IMG/VR virus record: IMGVR_UViG_3300032237_000117
Span: 1-39,210 of that record
Strand: one strand, 5' to 3'
DNA length: 39,210 bases
Source of the DNA: a virus
Lineage: Duplodnaviria; Caudoviricetes
Within the stretch, counting starts at the first letter, position 1; every line of letters starts with the position of its first letter. Both the position numbers and the translations under genes were made by a program. Shown here in pieces: positions 17,038-24,487 of the stretch. Under the pieces are notes generated by a model. It was not told the origin of the DNA. It was given only the letters and a program-made list of their open reading frames with translations, and ran no database searches.

Positions 17038-17328
17038 TTATGCCTCCATTTTGATTAGTAGGTTTGGTGCAAATTTGTATGCGCAAGTTGAACCAATCGG
17101 AAAACAACCTTGCGAATTTTCTTCATCTGAATTAGGAACGATTACTTCCCAATCGGTGTTAACCTCAAAATAAAGCGGATTTTTGCCGAGTATGCGACCG
17201 CACTCTGTGCAAAGATTGCCAGATGAATCAAGCGCCTTGCGATTGTGAGGTGCGCGGTCGCCAGCGTTGTACTTGTAATCGCTCGCTAAAACGCTTGTAT
17301 TTAGTGGGTTTTTTTGGCTTGTAGTCAT
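17038..17328 (-). CDS. Zn-binding hypothetical protein, first gene after promoter cassette 1
   Basis: CTECG...GSTC; SD AGGAGG. Confidence 0.65.
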   Translation of the reverse strand: MTTSQKNPLNTSVLASDYKYNAGDRAPHNRKALDSSGNLCTECGRILGKNPLYFEVNTDWEVIVPNSDEENSQGCFPIGSTCAYKFAPNLLIKMEA

Positions 17329-17449
17329 TTTTGCCTCCTAGTAAGAGAGATCTGGTTTGATCTCAATAACTAAAATCTAGTTGTGAATTGTAGAAAAACC
17401 TAGTTTATTTTGACTTTTTTTATAACTTTTTTATAACTTTTTTATACGG
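17292..17449 (-). promoter_or_regulatory. Duplicated promoter/leader cassette, copy 1
   Basis: Tandem 11-bp GTTATAAAAAA units, TTAGTTATTGAGATCAA, leader hairpin, SD and 28 bp of identical N-terminal coding sequence shared with 18858..19017. Confidence 0.7.
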
Positions 17450-17453
17450 CTTT

Positions 17454-17726
17454 TTAATCTTTGCGCCAACAAATTGATGTGTAGTTTGTGACCAACATAA
17501 ATTCGCTAGTATTTTCATCAGCCAATTCTTGATACTCAACCCCAATACCTTCAAGAAAAGTCCGAGCCAGCAAATATGACGAGTATGAAACAAACCAATA
17601 CGCCCAAGCGTGGTCATAGTGAATTGGCTCTTTGCTACTGAAACGATGTAACTGGGGCAGCCATTGAACGCCCCAACCCATTGATGAACTCCATAGTAAT
17701 TCAAAATCTGTTTCAGATATATTCAT
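17454..17726 (-). CDS. Hypothetical protein
   Basis: Start MNISE, ATGA overlap. Confidence 0.6.
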   Translation of the reverse strand: MNISETDFELLWSSSMGWGVQWLPQLHRFSSKEPIHYDHAWAYWFVSYSSYLLARTFLEGIGVEYQELADENTSEFMLVTNYTSICWRKD

Positions 17727-17854
17727 CGTCTTGTAGTTAGCCTTTCGTAGCAGCATTTTTCGCAGTAATCGCAATCGTGTTCCATGCGGTCAAGCATATC
17801 TCCGCAAATCACGCATTTGATTGCGCCAGTATCAGGGTGGGCGTAATCAACCAT
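17723..17854 (-). CDS. Zn-finger microprotein
   Basis: CVICG...CDYCEKCC; start MVDY. Confidence 0.5.
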   Translation of the reverse strand: MVDYAHPDTGAIKCVICGDMLDRMEHDCDYCEKCCYERLTTRR

Positions 17855-18012
17855 TATCTGCTCCAACCAGTAAGCATTAGTTCTGTTGCGCAACCTGAGC
17901 AGGCAAGTATGTCGTTGCCGTCTTTGATAAAAGTGAATAAATATCGCACTTTGTCGCACAACACGCACTTGTCTTTTTTAGCAAGGATCTTTGTTCCGTA
18001 TTTGTAACCCAT
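17854..18012 (-). CDS. 52-aa Zn-finger microprotein
   Basis: Not in track; CVLC...CSGC; SD GGAGG, TAATG coupling. Confidence 0.5.
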   Translation of the reverse strand: MGYKYGTKILAKKDKCVLCDKVRYLFTFIKDGNDILACSGCATELMLTGWSR

Positions 18013-18134
18013 TACTTTGCCTCCAAATCCTCAAGTTGATCCAGTACCCAAAACTTATGTGTTGGGCGTAACTCCATTGTTTCTAGCATCCACTTGTAAT
18101 GCTCAATTTTGCGCTGCTTTTCTTGTTCAGTCAT
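18012..18134 (-). CDS. 40-aa microprotein (MTEQEKQRKIEHYKW...)
   Basis: Not in track; SD GGAGG; fills the gap exactly. Confidence 0.5.
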   Translation of the reverse strand: MTEQEKQRKIEHYKWMLETMELRPTHKFWVLDQLEDLEAK

Positions 18135-18578
18135 TTACTTTGCCTCCTTGATTGATCCGTAGTATTCCTGCTTTGTTGCAATTGCTGAGCCAACGTATAA
18201 GTCAGCCCAAGTCTTGATTTGCGCTTGGCTGTTGCGTATTGATGTGCGGCGGTCAAAGAAATACATCACGCCATCTGCGTCTGTGAATAGTGGTTTTTTA
18301 CCAAAGTTGAGCCAGCCGCATTTTCTGGCTTGATCAGCGTCTTTGAAAAATATGATTGATCCGTCTGCGCCGTGTAACTTTTCGCCGTTACCGATCTGAG
18401 CCGCAAACTGCTTGCCTTCAGAGTAATAGCGCCCTGACGACTGAGAGCGCACGTCAAAGTACGGAACAGCCTCTGTCGCTGCGTAAGATCCTGAAAGAAT
18501 AAAAGTTACATCGCGTGTAATTGTTTTGCCTTGAATTGAGTCGTATAGTTCAATCGGTAGTGTGATCTCGCGTTCCAT
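18135..18578 (-). CDS. Hypothetical protein
   Basis: Likely start MEREIT at 18578. Confidence 0.6.
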   Translation of the reverse strand: MEREITLPIELYDSIQGKTITRDVTFILSGSYAATEAVPYFDVRSQSSGRYYSEGKQFAAQIGNGEKLHGADGSIIFFKDADQARKCGWLNFGKKPLFTDADGVMYFFDRRTSIRNSQAQIKTWADLYVGSAIATKQEYYGSIKEAK

Positions 18579-18580
18579 TG

Positions 18581-18754
18581 TTACGCCTGCTCTCTTGCTT
18601 CGCTGTGAAGGCTTAAACCTGTTGCAGAAATTTGATTTGCTAATTCGTCTAGAAAATCCCAATCCTTGTCGTTAACTGCTTGTTCAATCCATTTGATTTG
18701 GCGCTTCATGTCGCGCTTCCAATCTTCAAGAGCAACTTTGGTCATTGGCTTCAT
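18581..18754 (-). CDS. Hypothetical protein
   Basis: Likely start MKPMTK at 18754. Confidence 0.55.
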   Translation of the reverse strand: MKPMTKVALEDWKRDMKRQIKWIEQAVNDKDWDFLDELANQISATGLSLHSEAREQA

Positions 18755-18756
18755 TT

Positions 18757-18894
18757 TTACTTGCTCCAGCAAGTCGCGCAAAAGTTAAGAGACTTGATTT
18801 CAGCGACCATTTGAAAAAACTTAACTTGGCAGTTGTAGCAAGTTACAATCGCGAAATCGCTTGTATTTAGTGGGTTTTTTTGGCTAGTTTTCAT
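18757..18894 (-). CDS. 45-aa Zn-finger microprotein (MKTSQKNPLNTSD...CYNC...CATC)
   Basis: Not in track; SD AGGAG; N-terminus shared with the 17038..17328 protein. Confidence 0.55.
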   Translation of the reverse strand: MKTSQKNPLNTSDFAIVTCYNCQVKFFQMVAEIKSLNFCATCWSK

Positions 18895-19017
18895 TTTGAC
18901 TCCTAGATAGTTTTGAGACCGCGTTGATCTCAATAACTAAATCTTCGGTGATAAAACGTAAAAAATCTAGGATTTACGCCCCTTTTTTTATAACTTTTTT
19001 ATAACTTTTTTATACGG
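18858..19017 (-). promoter_or_regulatory. Duplicated promoter/leader cassette, copy 2
   Basis: Same blocks as 17292..17449. Confidence 0.7.
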
Positions 19018-19387
19018 GTTTTTCACTTAACTGCACTTCAAGGCAGGGTGCGTCTCCGTATATTTTCACAGATCGGATCTCAGTTACTTGTGAGTCATCT
19101 TTGTAAGCAATAGCCGTCAGCGCGTCTAATACTGCGCGTATTAACTTATCCAGATCAGGCGGCACAGTAGGTTCTGCGCGCGTAACAGTCTTTGGTTTTG
19201 CGAATACAAATACCATTGTTATTGAGACAGGCTTGAGTGTTGGTTTTGCGCCTGCTTGTCGCGCTGCTAATCCAATAGCAGATCGCCAGACAGCGAGCGC
19301 AGATCCTTGAGAATGAAATATATGTCCATTGACGACAGACATTGAACCTTGCGGCACAGGTTTGCCGTCAACGCGGAATTGGATCAC
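19010..19387 (-). CDS. rusA: RusA-family Holliday junction resolvase
   Basis: GKPVPQGS, PDLDKLIRAVLDALT, DDSQV. Confidence 0.9.
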   Translation of the reverse strand: MIQFRVDGKPVPQGSMSVVNGHIFHSQGSALAVWRSAIGLAARQAGAKPTLKPVSITMVFVFAKPKTVTRAEPTVPPDLDKLIRAVLDALTAIAYKDDSQVTEIRSVKIYGDAPCLEVQLSEKPV

Positions 19388-19572
19388 ACTACGATTGTAA
19401 CTGCACCCGTGACGATTGCGTGTTGGTCGCGCCCTTGTAGATCCGTAACGTATAAATCAACAGTACCGCGAGCGTCTGGCGTGTCCACGTACTTTAACAC
19501 GCACTCTTGGTTGTTGATTACTACGTGGTCGCCAAGTTGCAGCAGTTCAGGCTGAACTTCTACTTTAGACAT
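19384..19572 (-). CDS. Hypothetical protein
   Basis: SD AAGGAG; coupled to rusA. Confidence 0.6.
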   Translation of the reverse strand: MSKVEVQPELLQLGDHVVINNQECVLKYVDTPDARGTVDLYVTDLQGRDQHAIVTGAVTIVV

Positions 19573-19630
19573 ATCACTCCTTATGGGGCGTAATCATTAC
19601 AATAAGTGTAATGGTTACAAGTGATCTGCG

Positions 19631-20464
19631 CTACCTTGATCCAAGCACCTTCCGCAGCGTCTCTTTGATGTTCTCAGGCATAGGTACTGCTCGCGCTCGC
19701 GCTTCAGCGTCAAGCCGTGATAACTCAGCAGCCCTAGCGCGCTCCAATTCAGCCCTTCTAGCGGCTTCTGAGGCTTCCTGCGCCCTTTTCTCCGCAGGGT
19801 TCAACTCTCTGGGTGGGAGTGGATCGTCAGCCCACCTGCCAGCGTTGAGCCACGTTGAAGGGTGCGCGGTATACGACGGATGACGATTAGGATCGTCAGC
19901 ATACCTGCGCGCCCCTTCAACAATGGTCGCAGCGTCAGCCTGTAGAATGGCTTTGTCCCAAGCATTCATAGCCGCCTGCTTGCCCACCCTAGTCGGATAT
20001 ACACTCCAGAATGTATCAAAGTCGGTATTGGCTACAACAACACCGCTGGGTGTTTCTAAGGGTGGATCTAAAGGAAGGTTCTTAGGGCGTAAGAGTCGCC
20101 CCGTATCAGGCGTAAGAGTCGCCCCGTTAGCGTCGTCAGCGTCGCCCCGTACTGTACGAGTGGTCGCAGCGTCGCCCCGTAGCGCAGATAAGATCATCGT
20201 GTATCTATGCGGTCTGCGATCCTCACGACAATTAGCAGATCCGCCTGCGTGTTTTTCAAGCCGCAGAAAGCCACCACTGACCAACGAATTGACTGCGCGC
20301 TGTACAGTTCTCACACTAATACTAGCCTTAGTAGCAATGGTCGCCTGTGACGGCCAAGCCTCTGTGCCTTCATCGTTAGCGTGATCTGCAATAACCAGCA
20401 ACACCATTTTTTCAACAGTAGGTAATTTGGTGCGCCAAACCTCACTCATCAGTCGTATGCTCAT
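19631..20464 (-). CDS. Replication initiator (lambda O-like, N-terminal wHTH)
   Basis: KMVLLVIADHAND...AWPSQATIA...RTVQRAV; C-terminal FDTFWSVYP..VGK...HPSTWLN. Confidence 0.85.
   Translation of the reverse strand: MSIRLMSEVWRTKLPTVEKMVLLVIADHANDEGTEAWPSQATIATKASISVRTVQRAVNSLVSGGFLRLEKHAGGSANCREDRRPHRYTMILSALRGDAATTRTVRGDADDANGATLTPDTGRLLRPKNLPLDPPLETPSGVVVANTDFDTFWSVYPTRVGKQAAMNAWDKAILQADAATIVEGARRYADDPNRHPSYTAHPSTWLNAGRWADDPLPPRELNPAEKRAQEASEAARRAELERARAAELSRLDAEARARAVPMPENIKETLRKVLGSR
20086..20181. repeat. Iteron-like repeats (candidate replication origin)
   Basis: GTCGCCCCGT at 20095, 20118, 20141 and 20171 (spacing 23, 23, 30) inside the initiator gene. Confidence 0.7.
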
Positions 20465-20786
20465 ATACCTGCCTTACCTGCTCAATAGATATTCCGTTTT
20501 CGTTGAACGATGTGATCGCCCGTTTTTGTTGCGCTGGATACTTGTTTGGCTCTCTGAACGATTTGCGCTCAAGGCTCGTCATGCCGCCCCAAACTCCATA
20601 TTGTTCATTCTCCAATGCGTATTCCAGACATTGACTCCAAATCGGGCAGCGTGAGCAAATAGAACGCACAGCGTCAATGTACGCGTATGCGTCTTTGTTG
20701 CGTGACTCTTCAACCCAATAAAAAGTCTCTGTCTCAACGCCTTTGCATTCCGCCTTATCCCAATTCACTTCCGCATACTTGGGCAA
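20442..20786 (-). CDS. whiB: WhiB-family Fe-S transcription factor
   Basis: C...CSRCPIWSQC and GVWGG motif. Confidence 0.92.
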   Translation of the reverse strand: MPKYAEVNWDKAECKGVETETFYWVEESRNKDAYAYIDAVRSICSRCPIWSQCLEYALENEQYGVWGGMTSLERKSFREPNKYPAQQKRAITSFNENGISIEQVRQVYEHTTDE

Positions 20787-21436
20787 CCGATTTCTCCCGT
20801 CGGATCGTAGTAGTTACAGTACCGCGAGCAGAAAAAAACACTTTCCTCTGGCGCTGGCGCTGGGTCATTGTTGGCGACAATCAACTTTAGATCCTCAAGC
20901 CAAGCAATTCCCGCTTCCGCCGTTGGCGCGTCGTAGGGTTCTATATGCGATTTAATCTCAGCCATTTCTCCGTCGCGCGGGATCGCAACCAAAGATACGT
21001 AATTTACTGTGTGACCCATTTTGGTGAGCAACCAGCCGTAAATCTGCACCTGCATACGTTGTTGTTTTGACGGGAAGTAACGCAGCGATTTGACTTTGGT
21101 TGTTTTCCAATCAACGACAATGCCCTGATCTTTGATGAACAGATCGCAATGACCCTTCAGCCCGTCATATTCAACAGTAACTTCAGTCATAAAGTTATCG
21201 CCAAACGGATCTTCACGCTTGACCGCTTTCTCAATTCCTGAGTGAATAAACGTACCAAGTATTGCTGCCAATGACTCAGTATCAGGATTTGTTTCAGGCG
21301 TGCGCTTGAGTTCATGCCACACTTGCCTGCGGCAGCCGCCAATACTGCTTGGACCAACTTCAACCTGCTGGCTGCGATCTCTTTGCTTGTCGTAGCCTTT
21401 AAGTGACTTGGTGAGCATGTCGTTCAGATCAATCAT
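20765..21436 (-). CDS. PD-(D/E)XK Cas4-like exonuclease
   Basis: GPSSIGGCRR, GTFIH, GHCDL...DWKT, QVQIY, C-terminal CSRYC...C. Confidence 0.85.
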   Translation of the reverse strand: MIDLNDMLTKSLKGYDKQRDRSQQVEVGPSSIGGCRRQVWHELKRTPETNPDTESLAAILGTFIHSGIEKAVKREDPFGDNFMTEVTVEYDGLKGHCDLFIKDQGIVVDWKTTKVKSLRYFPSKQQRMQVQIYGWLLTKMGHTVNYVSLVAIPRDGEMAEIKSHIEPYDAPTAEAGIAWLEDLKLIVANNDPAPAPEESVFFCSRYCNYYDPTGEIGCPSMRK

Positions 21437-21569
21437 CTGTTTTTTCCTTGCTTAAACGGATTACTGCCTCATCGTGCGTGATGTTGTGTTTTTTAGCGTA
21501 TGCCGCAACATAAGCAAAATAAACAGATTGACCCAGCGGTGTTAATACAAAGCCTGTTTCATCGCTCAT
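21429..21569 (-). CDS. 46-aa hypothetical protein
   Basis: Not in track; ATGA-coupled, fills the gap. Confidence 0.45.
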   Translation of the reverse strand: MSDETGFVLTPLGQSVYFAYVAAYAKKHNITHDEAVIRLSKEKTDD

Positions 21570-21928
21570 GAGAGATCCATACTGGTACGGACAGATGTAC
21601 CGATTGAGCGAGCGATATCAACTTGGGTGCGTATTCTTGAAGCGTTAGCCCTTGCTGCCCGTACCAGCGCTTCAACAGTAGCCATTTTCATGTGCAGTTC
21701 CTCAGCCGATACAAGCGCCATATCCGCCTTATCAGATACAGTCAATTTCATATCTTGCTTACCTGCAAGCGACAAGCGCCCGTGAGCAAGCGCCAATTCA
21801 TATTGCGCCTTGATCTTGAAGTATTGAGTCTCAGCGTCAGCCAAGTCTTTGTGTGATTGATCTACTTCACGCGACAAATCACGTAGTCGTGTTTCAATCA
21901 TCTGAGGCGTAACAACATTATTGCTCAT
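21566..21928 (-). CDS. Hypothetical coiled-coil protein
   Basis: Helical composition; located in the recombination module. Confidence 0.65.
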   Translation of the reverse strand: MSNNVVTPQMIETRLRDLSREVDQSHKDLADAETQYFKIKAQYELALAHGRLSLAGKQDMKLTVSDKADMALVSAEELHMKMATVEALVRAARANASRIRTQVDIARSIGTSVRTSMDLS

Positions 21929-22187
21929 CTGGTGTCTCCACTACTTGTAGATCAGGCTTCTCTGGTTGGTTGGCTTGTTTTGCTTTTTCAACCTTTAACA
22001 CCTTTGCTGTGTCCGCACTAATGTCCATTGGATCAGCGACCATTTGAAATCCTGTTTCTTCCAACGCCTGAGCCAAGATATATGCGTCCATGCCTAAATG
22101 TTTGGCTGTTTCTGTGATACCGATAGCGTTGATGTGTACTGCCGTTACCCAGCCTTGCGGTGCTTTGAATTTCTTTTGATTGCTCAT
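21918..22187 (-). CDS. Hypothetical protein
   Basis: Coupled ORF. Confidence 0.6.
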   Translation of the reverse strand: MSNQKKFKAPQGWVTAVHINAIGITETAKHLGMDAYILAQALEETGFQMVADPMDISADTAKVLKVEKAKQANQPEKPDLQVVETPDEQ

Positions 22188-22393
22188 AGTTCTGTCTCCA
22201 TTAGTTTATTAAGATCCGCTAAGCGCACAGTCATTGCTTCCACTATGTCGCGCACAGTCATTTGTTCAGACATAGCAGGCGTGATCCCTAATGCGAGCGC
22301 AATAGCAGATAGTTCGCCTGACTCAACAGCCTTGTTTACATTTACTACCTTATCCATTAGTTCTAGTTTGTTCATATCCGTTTCCATTTCCAC
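22184..22393 (-). CDS. Hypothetical protein
   Basis: Coupled ORF. Confidence 0.55.
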   Translation of the reverse strand: MEMETDMNKLELMDKVVNVNKAVESGELSAIALALGITPAMSEQMTVRDIVEAMTVRLADLNKLMETEL

Positions 22394-22803
22394 CCGTTAA
22401 TTAATTTGTGATCCTCTTGTAGTGCGCATAGTGCTTGTGCGTTGAGATAGTCAATAACATCATCTTTATCTACGCCGTTAGGTATGTCCAGTATCAAAGT
22501 CAGCATACGTTTTCTTGGTTTGGCTAACTCTCTGCCGTTCACAAACATATTGTGTACGTACACCGATGACTTGCCGCGTCTTTCTTTTAAGCGGCTGATC
22601 TTGCCGCCTTTGTCCAAGACAGACAACTGCCCTGACGCTGTGCCGTGATGCCAGTTCATAATTTCGGCTAGTTCAAACCAAGTCAAGCCGCGCTCGCCTT
22701 GCGCCCTGACGTGATTAAGTGCGAGTGATTGAGCAAGGGTTGTCGCGCCCGATCCATTCCAACCCATTGTGCCTGCGTACGGAAGTACTGGTTGCTCGCT
22801 CAC
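22372..22803 (-). CDS. Winged-helix DNA-binding protein
   Basis: GLTWFELAEIMNWHHGTASGQLSVLDKGG. Confidence 0.65.
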   Translation of the reverse strand: MSEQPVLPYAGTMGWNGSGATTLAQSLALNHVRAQGERGLTWFELAEIMNWHHGTASGQLSVLDKGGKISRLKERRGKSSVYVHNMFVNGRELAKPRKRMLTLILDIPNGVDKDDVIDYLNAQALCALQEDHKLINGWKWKRI

Positions 22804-23366
22804 GCTTGCTCGTTCTCGTTGATCTCAGCAACGCGCTTGGTGATTGCGTCGCGCAAGGTTGAACCCTCAATAGGCAGGTCAAGCAGATCCTTGTAGCCTT
22901 CCCACATCAACTTGAGTTCGTCTTTGCTGCTGACGCTCACGCCTACAATCATTGACTCAACCAAACTAATTTCGGCTGGCGAGTACTCGCGTGGCTTGAC
23001 TTTTGGCGCTGCTGGTTGGCGCGGTTCATCTTGGTAGCGCTGCACCTTCTCCATTTCGGATCGGCTTGGGCGCTTGCCTTCTGACGCAAAGCCGCAATTT
23101 GCTAGGCTGCGACCAATGGCGCTGGTCTCGCAGTTTTCTAGGGCTGACGTGCGATTGACGGGAGACGCGCCTACGATCTCTTCAGCGTAGCCGTGAGCAA
23201 CTGGGGTCATGTCGTCGCGGTCAAAGTAGATCTCAGCCTTGACGATGAACCTGCGCTCATCGTGAAACACCAGATCCGTTAATACCCTGCCGTCAGGGTG
23301 CGCCGCCCAGAAGCGGGTGAGGCGCTGCTCAACTGTCTCGTAATCAGACAGATCAAATTTAGCCAT
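22800..23366 (-). CDS. Rad52/Sak-like single-strand annealing protein
   Basis: YETVEQRL...FIVKAEI...SALENCETSAIGRSLA. Confidence 0.75.
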   Translation of the reverse strand: MAKFDLSDYETVEQRLTRFWAAHPDGRVLTDLVFHDERRFIVKAEIYFDRDDMTPVAHGYAEEIVGASPVNRTSALENCETSAIGRSLANCGFASEGKRPSRSEMEKVQRYQDEPRQPAAPKVKPREYSPAEISLVESMIVGVSVSSKDELKLMWEGYKDLLDLPIEGSTLRDAITKRVAEINENEQA

Positions 23367-23369
23367 GTG

Positions 23370-23499
23370 TGCCTTCTTTCAGTTTGGGGGGCAGGATTGC
23401 CCCTGTTGACCGAAAGTATCCCCCCAAAGATTACATAAGTGGGGGATTTCGCTTGGCGAGTCGCGTGATTTTTTTCTGTAATCCTGCCAATATTGGGGT
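23370..23499. promoter_or_regulatory. Divergent promoter region with inverted repeats and TGGCGAGTCG motif
   Basis: Intergenic between divergent genes; ATCCCCC...GGGGGAT inverted repeat, GGGGCA/TGCCCC leader hairpin, TACTTT candidate -10 on the minus strand. Confidence 0.55.
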
Positions 23500-23724
23500 A
23501 TGGCTAATGAACCTGTGATCCCGCCCGTTGCCCGCGTGGTACTCAGCCTGCACAATTTGTATGTTGAGATAGAACATGAAGGATCGTATCCAGATCAACT
23601 ATCTGACTTGGGCAATCGCGCGTTTGAACTGTTTACATCAGCAATGCAGCACGCCAAGGATTTGGGCATGGACATACGATCCAGAGGGTATGAAGATTGG
23701 GAAGAGTTTGAGGATGATGAATAG
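23500..23724 (+). CDS. Hypothetical acidic protein (one of only two plus-strand genes)
   Basis: 74 aa ORF in a gap between minus-strand genes; acidic tail. Confidence 0.65.
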   Translation: MANEPVIPPVARVVLSLHNLYVEIEHEGSYPDQLSDLGNRAFELFTSAMQHAKDLGMDIRSRGYEDWEEFEDDE

Positions 23725-23852
23725 TGTGTTTGTCCTGCGGGAACTGCGCGGCTGAACACTCACGCAATATAGATGACGCGGTTGACGCGGTGATTGACTC
23801 TGGTTTTCGCGGCAGCAAAAAAGCCGCAGGAGACAGTTCCTACGGCTTTTGA
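23724..23852 (+). CDS. 42-aa Cys-containing microprotein (MCLSCGNCAAEH...)
   Basis: GTG overlaps the upstream TAG; CxxCxxC..H. Confidence 0.4.
   Translation: MCLSCGNCAAEHSRNIDDAVDAVIDSGFRGSKKAAGDSSYGF
23817..23850. terminator. Bidirectional intrinsic terminator
   Basis: AAAAAAGCCGCAGGA-gacagt-TCCTACGGCTTTT hairpin between convergent genes. Confidence 0.7.
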
Positions 23853-23854
23853 GC

Positions 23855-24331
23855 CTACTGTTGGGTCTTTGCTTGCTTGTGAAGCGCAATCATGTCTAGC
23901 CACAACTGGCGGTCTTTGCGCCACTTGGCTGTTCTGTTCTTGCCGTATTCTTTTGAGTACGGTATTTCTTCAGCCTTGATCCGTTGATAAAGTCTGAGTG
24001 CGTGTTCGGCTTGAATTTCTAATTCCTCAAGCGTGGCTACTTCAACAGCCCAGATCTTAAGACACTCCAAGATTGGCTTGCCCCACTTTTGCATTTGATC
24101 GCAGCAATGATCGTGCCACGACATAGATATTCCGCCGTAATTTGTTTGCTGAGTACCGTTACAAGGGAAGCAATATCTTTTTGATCTAGCCCATTTAATA
24201 AATTCAATGCGTGATCTTGCTGCAATCTTGTACTGCTCTGACTTGAGATAACGCTTTCTGCCTTGCTCCCAAGTCTCGTTTGGCAAACGTAGGTGCGATG
24301 ACTTGCTGCACCAAAGGATTGTGTCGCTCAT
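23855..24331 (-). CDS. Hypothetical protein (Cys/Trp/Lys-rich)
   Basis: SD GGAAGG; has its own upstream promoter region. Confidence 0.6.
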   Translation of the reverse strand: MSDTILWCSKSSHLRLPNETWEQGRKRYLKSEQYKIAARSRIEFIKWARSKRYCFPCNGTQQTNYGGISMSWHDHCCDQMQKWGKPILECLKIWAVEVATLEELEIQAEHALRLYQRIKAEEIPYSKEYGKNRTAKWRKDRQLWLDMIALHKQAKTQQ

Positions 24332-24334
24332 TTT

Positions 24335-24487
24335 GTAGCCTTCCTGTCCTGATACTTTCAGGATCTAAGACTATTTTAGCGGATTGGGTTTTTGCGATTT
24401 CTAAAAAATTGGTTTGTCTTGTTTACGTTTTGCGCGACTCGCCACGACTCGCCACGATTTTTTTAATTTTTTTGGGTTTTTTGGATT
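24335..24487 (-). promoter_or_regulatory. Promoter with A-tracts, tandem CGACTCGCCA and leader hairpin
   Basis: TAAAAT candidate -10, TCCTGA/TCAGGA hairpin, A-tract-rich upstream sequence. Confidence 0.55.

Noticed and set aside
17413-17449. CRISPR-like array in the TTTTTTATAAC repeats
   Set aside because: Only about three contiguous 11-bp units with no spacers; no cas operon
20765-21436. Cas4 as evidence of a CRISPR system
   Set aside because: Stand-alone Cas4-like exonucleases are common in phage recombination modules
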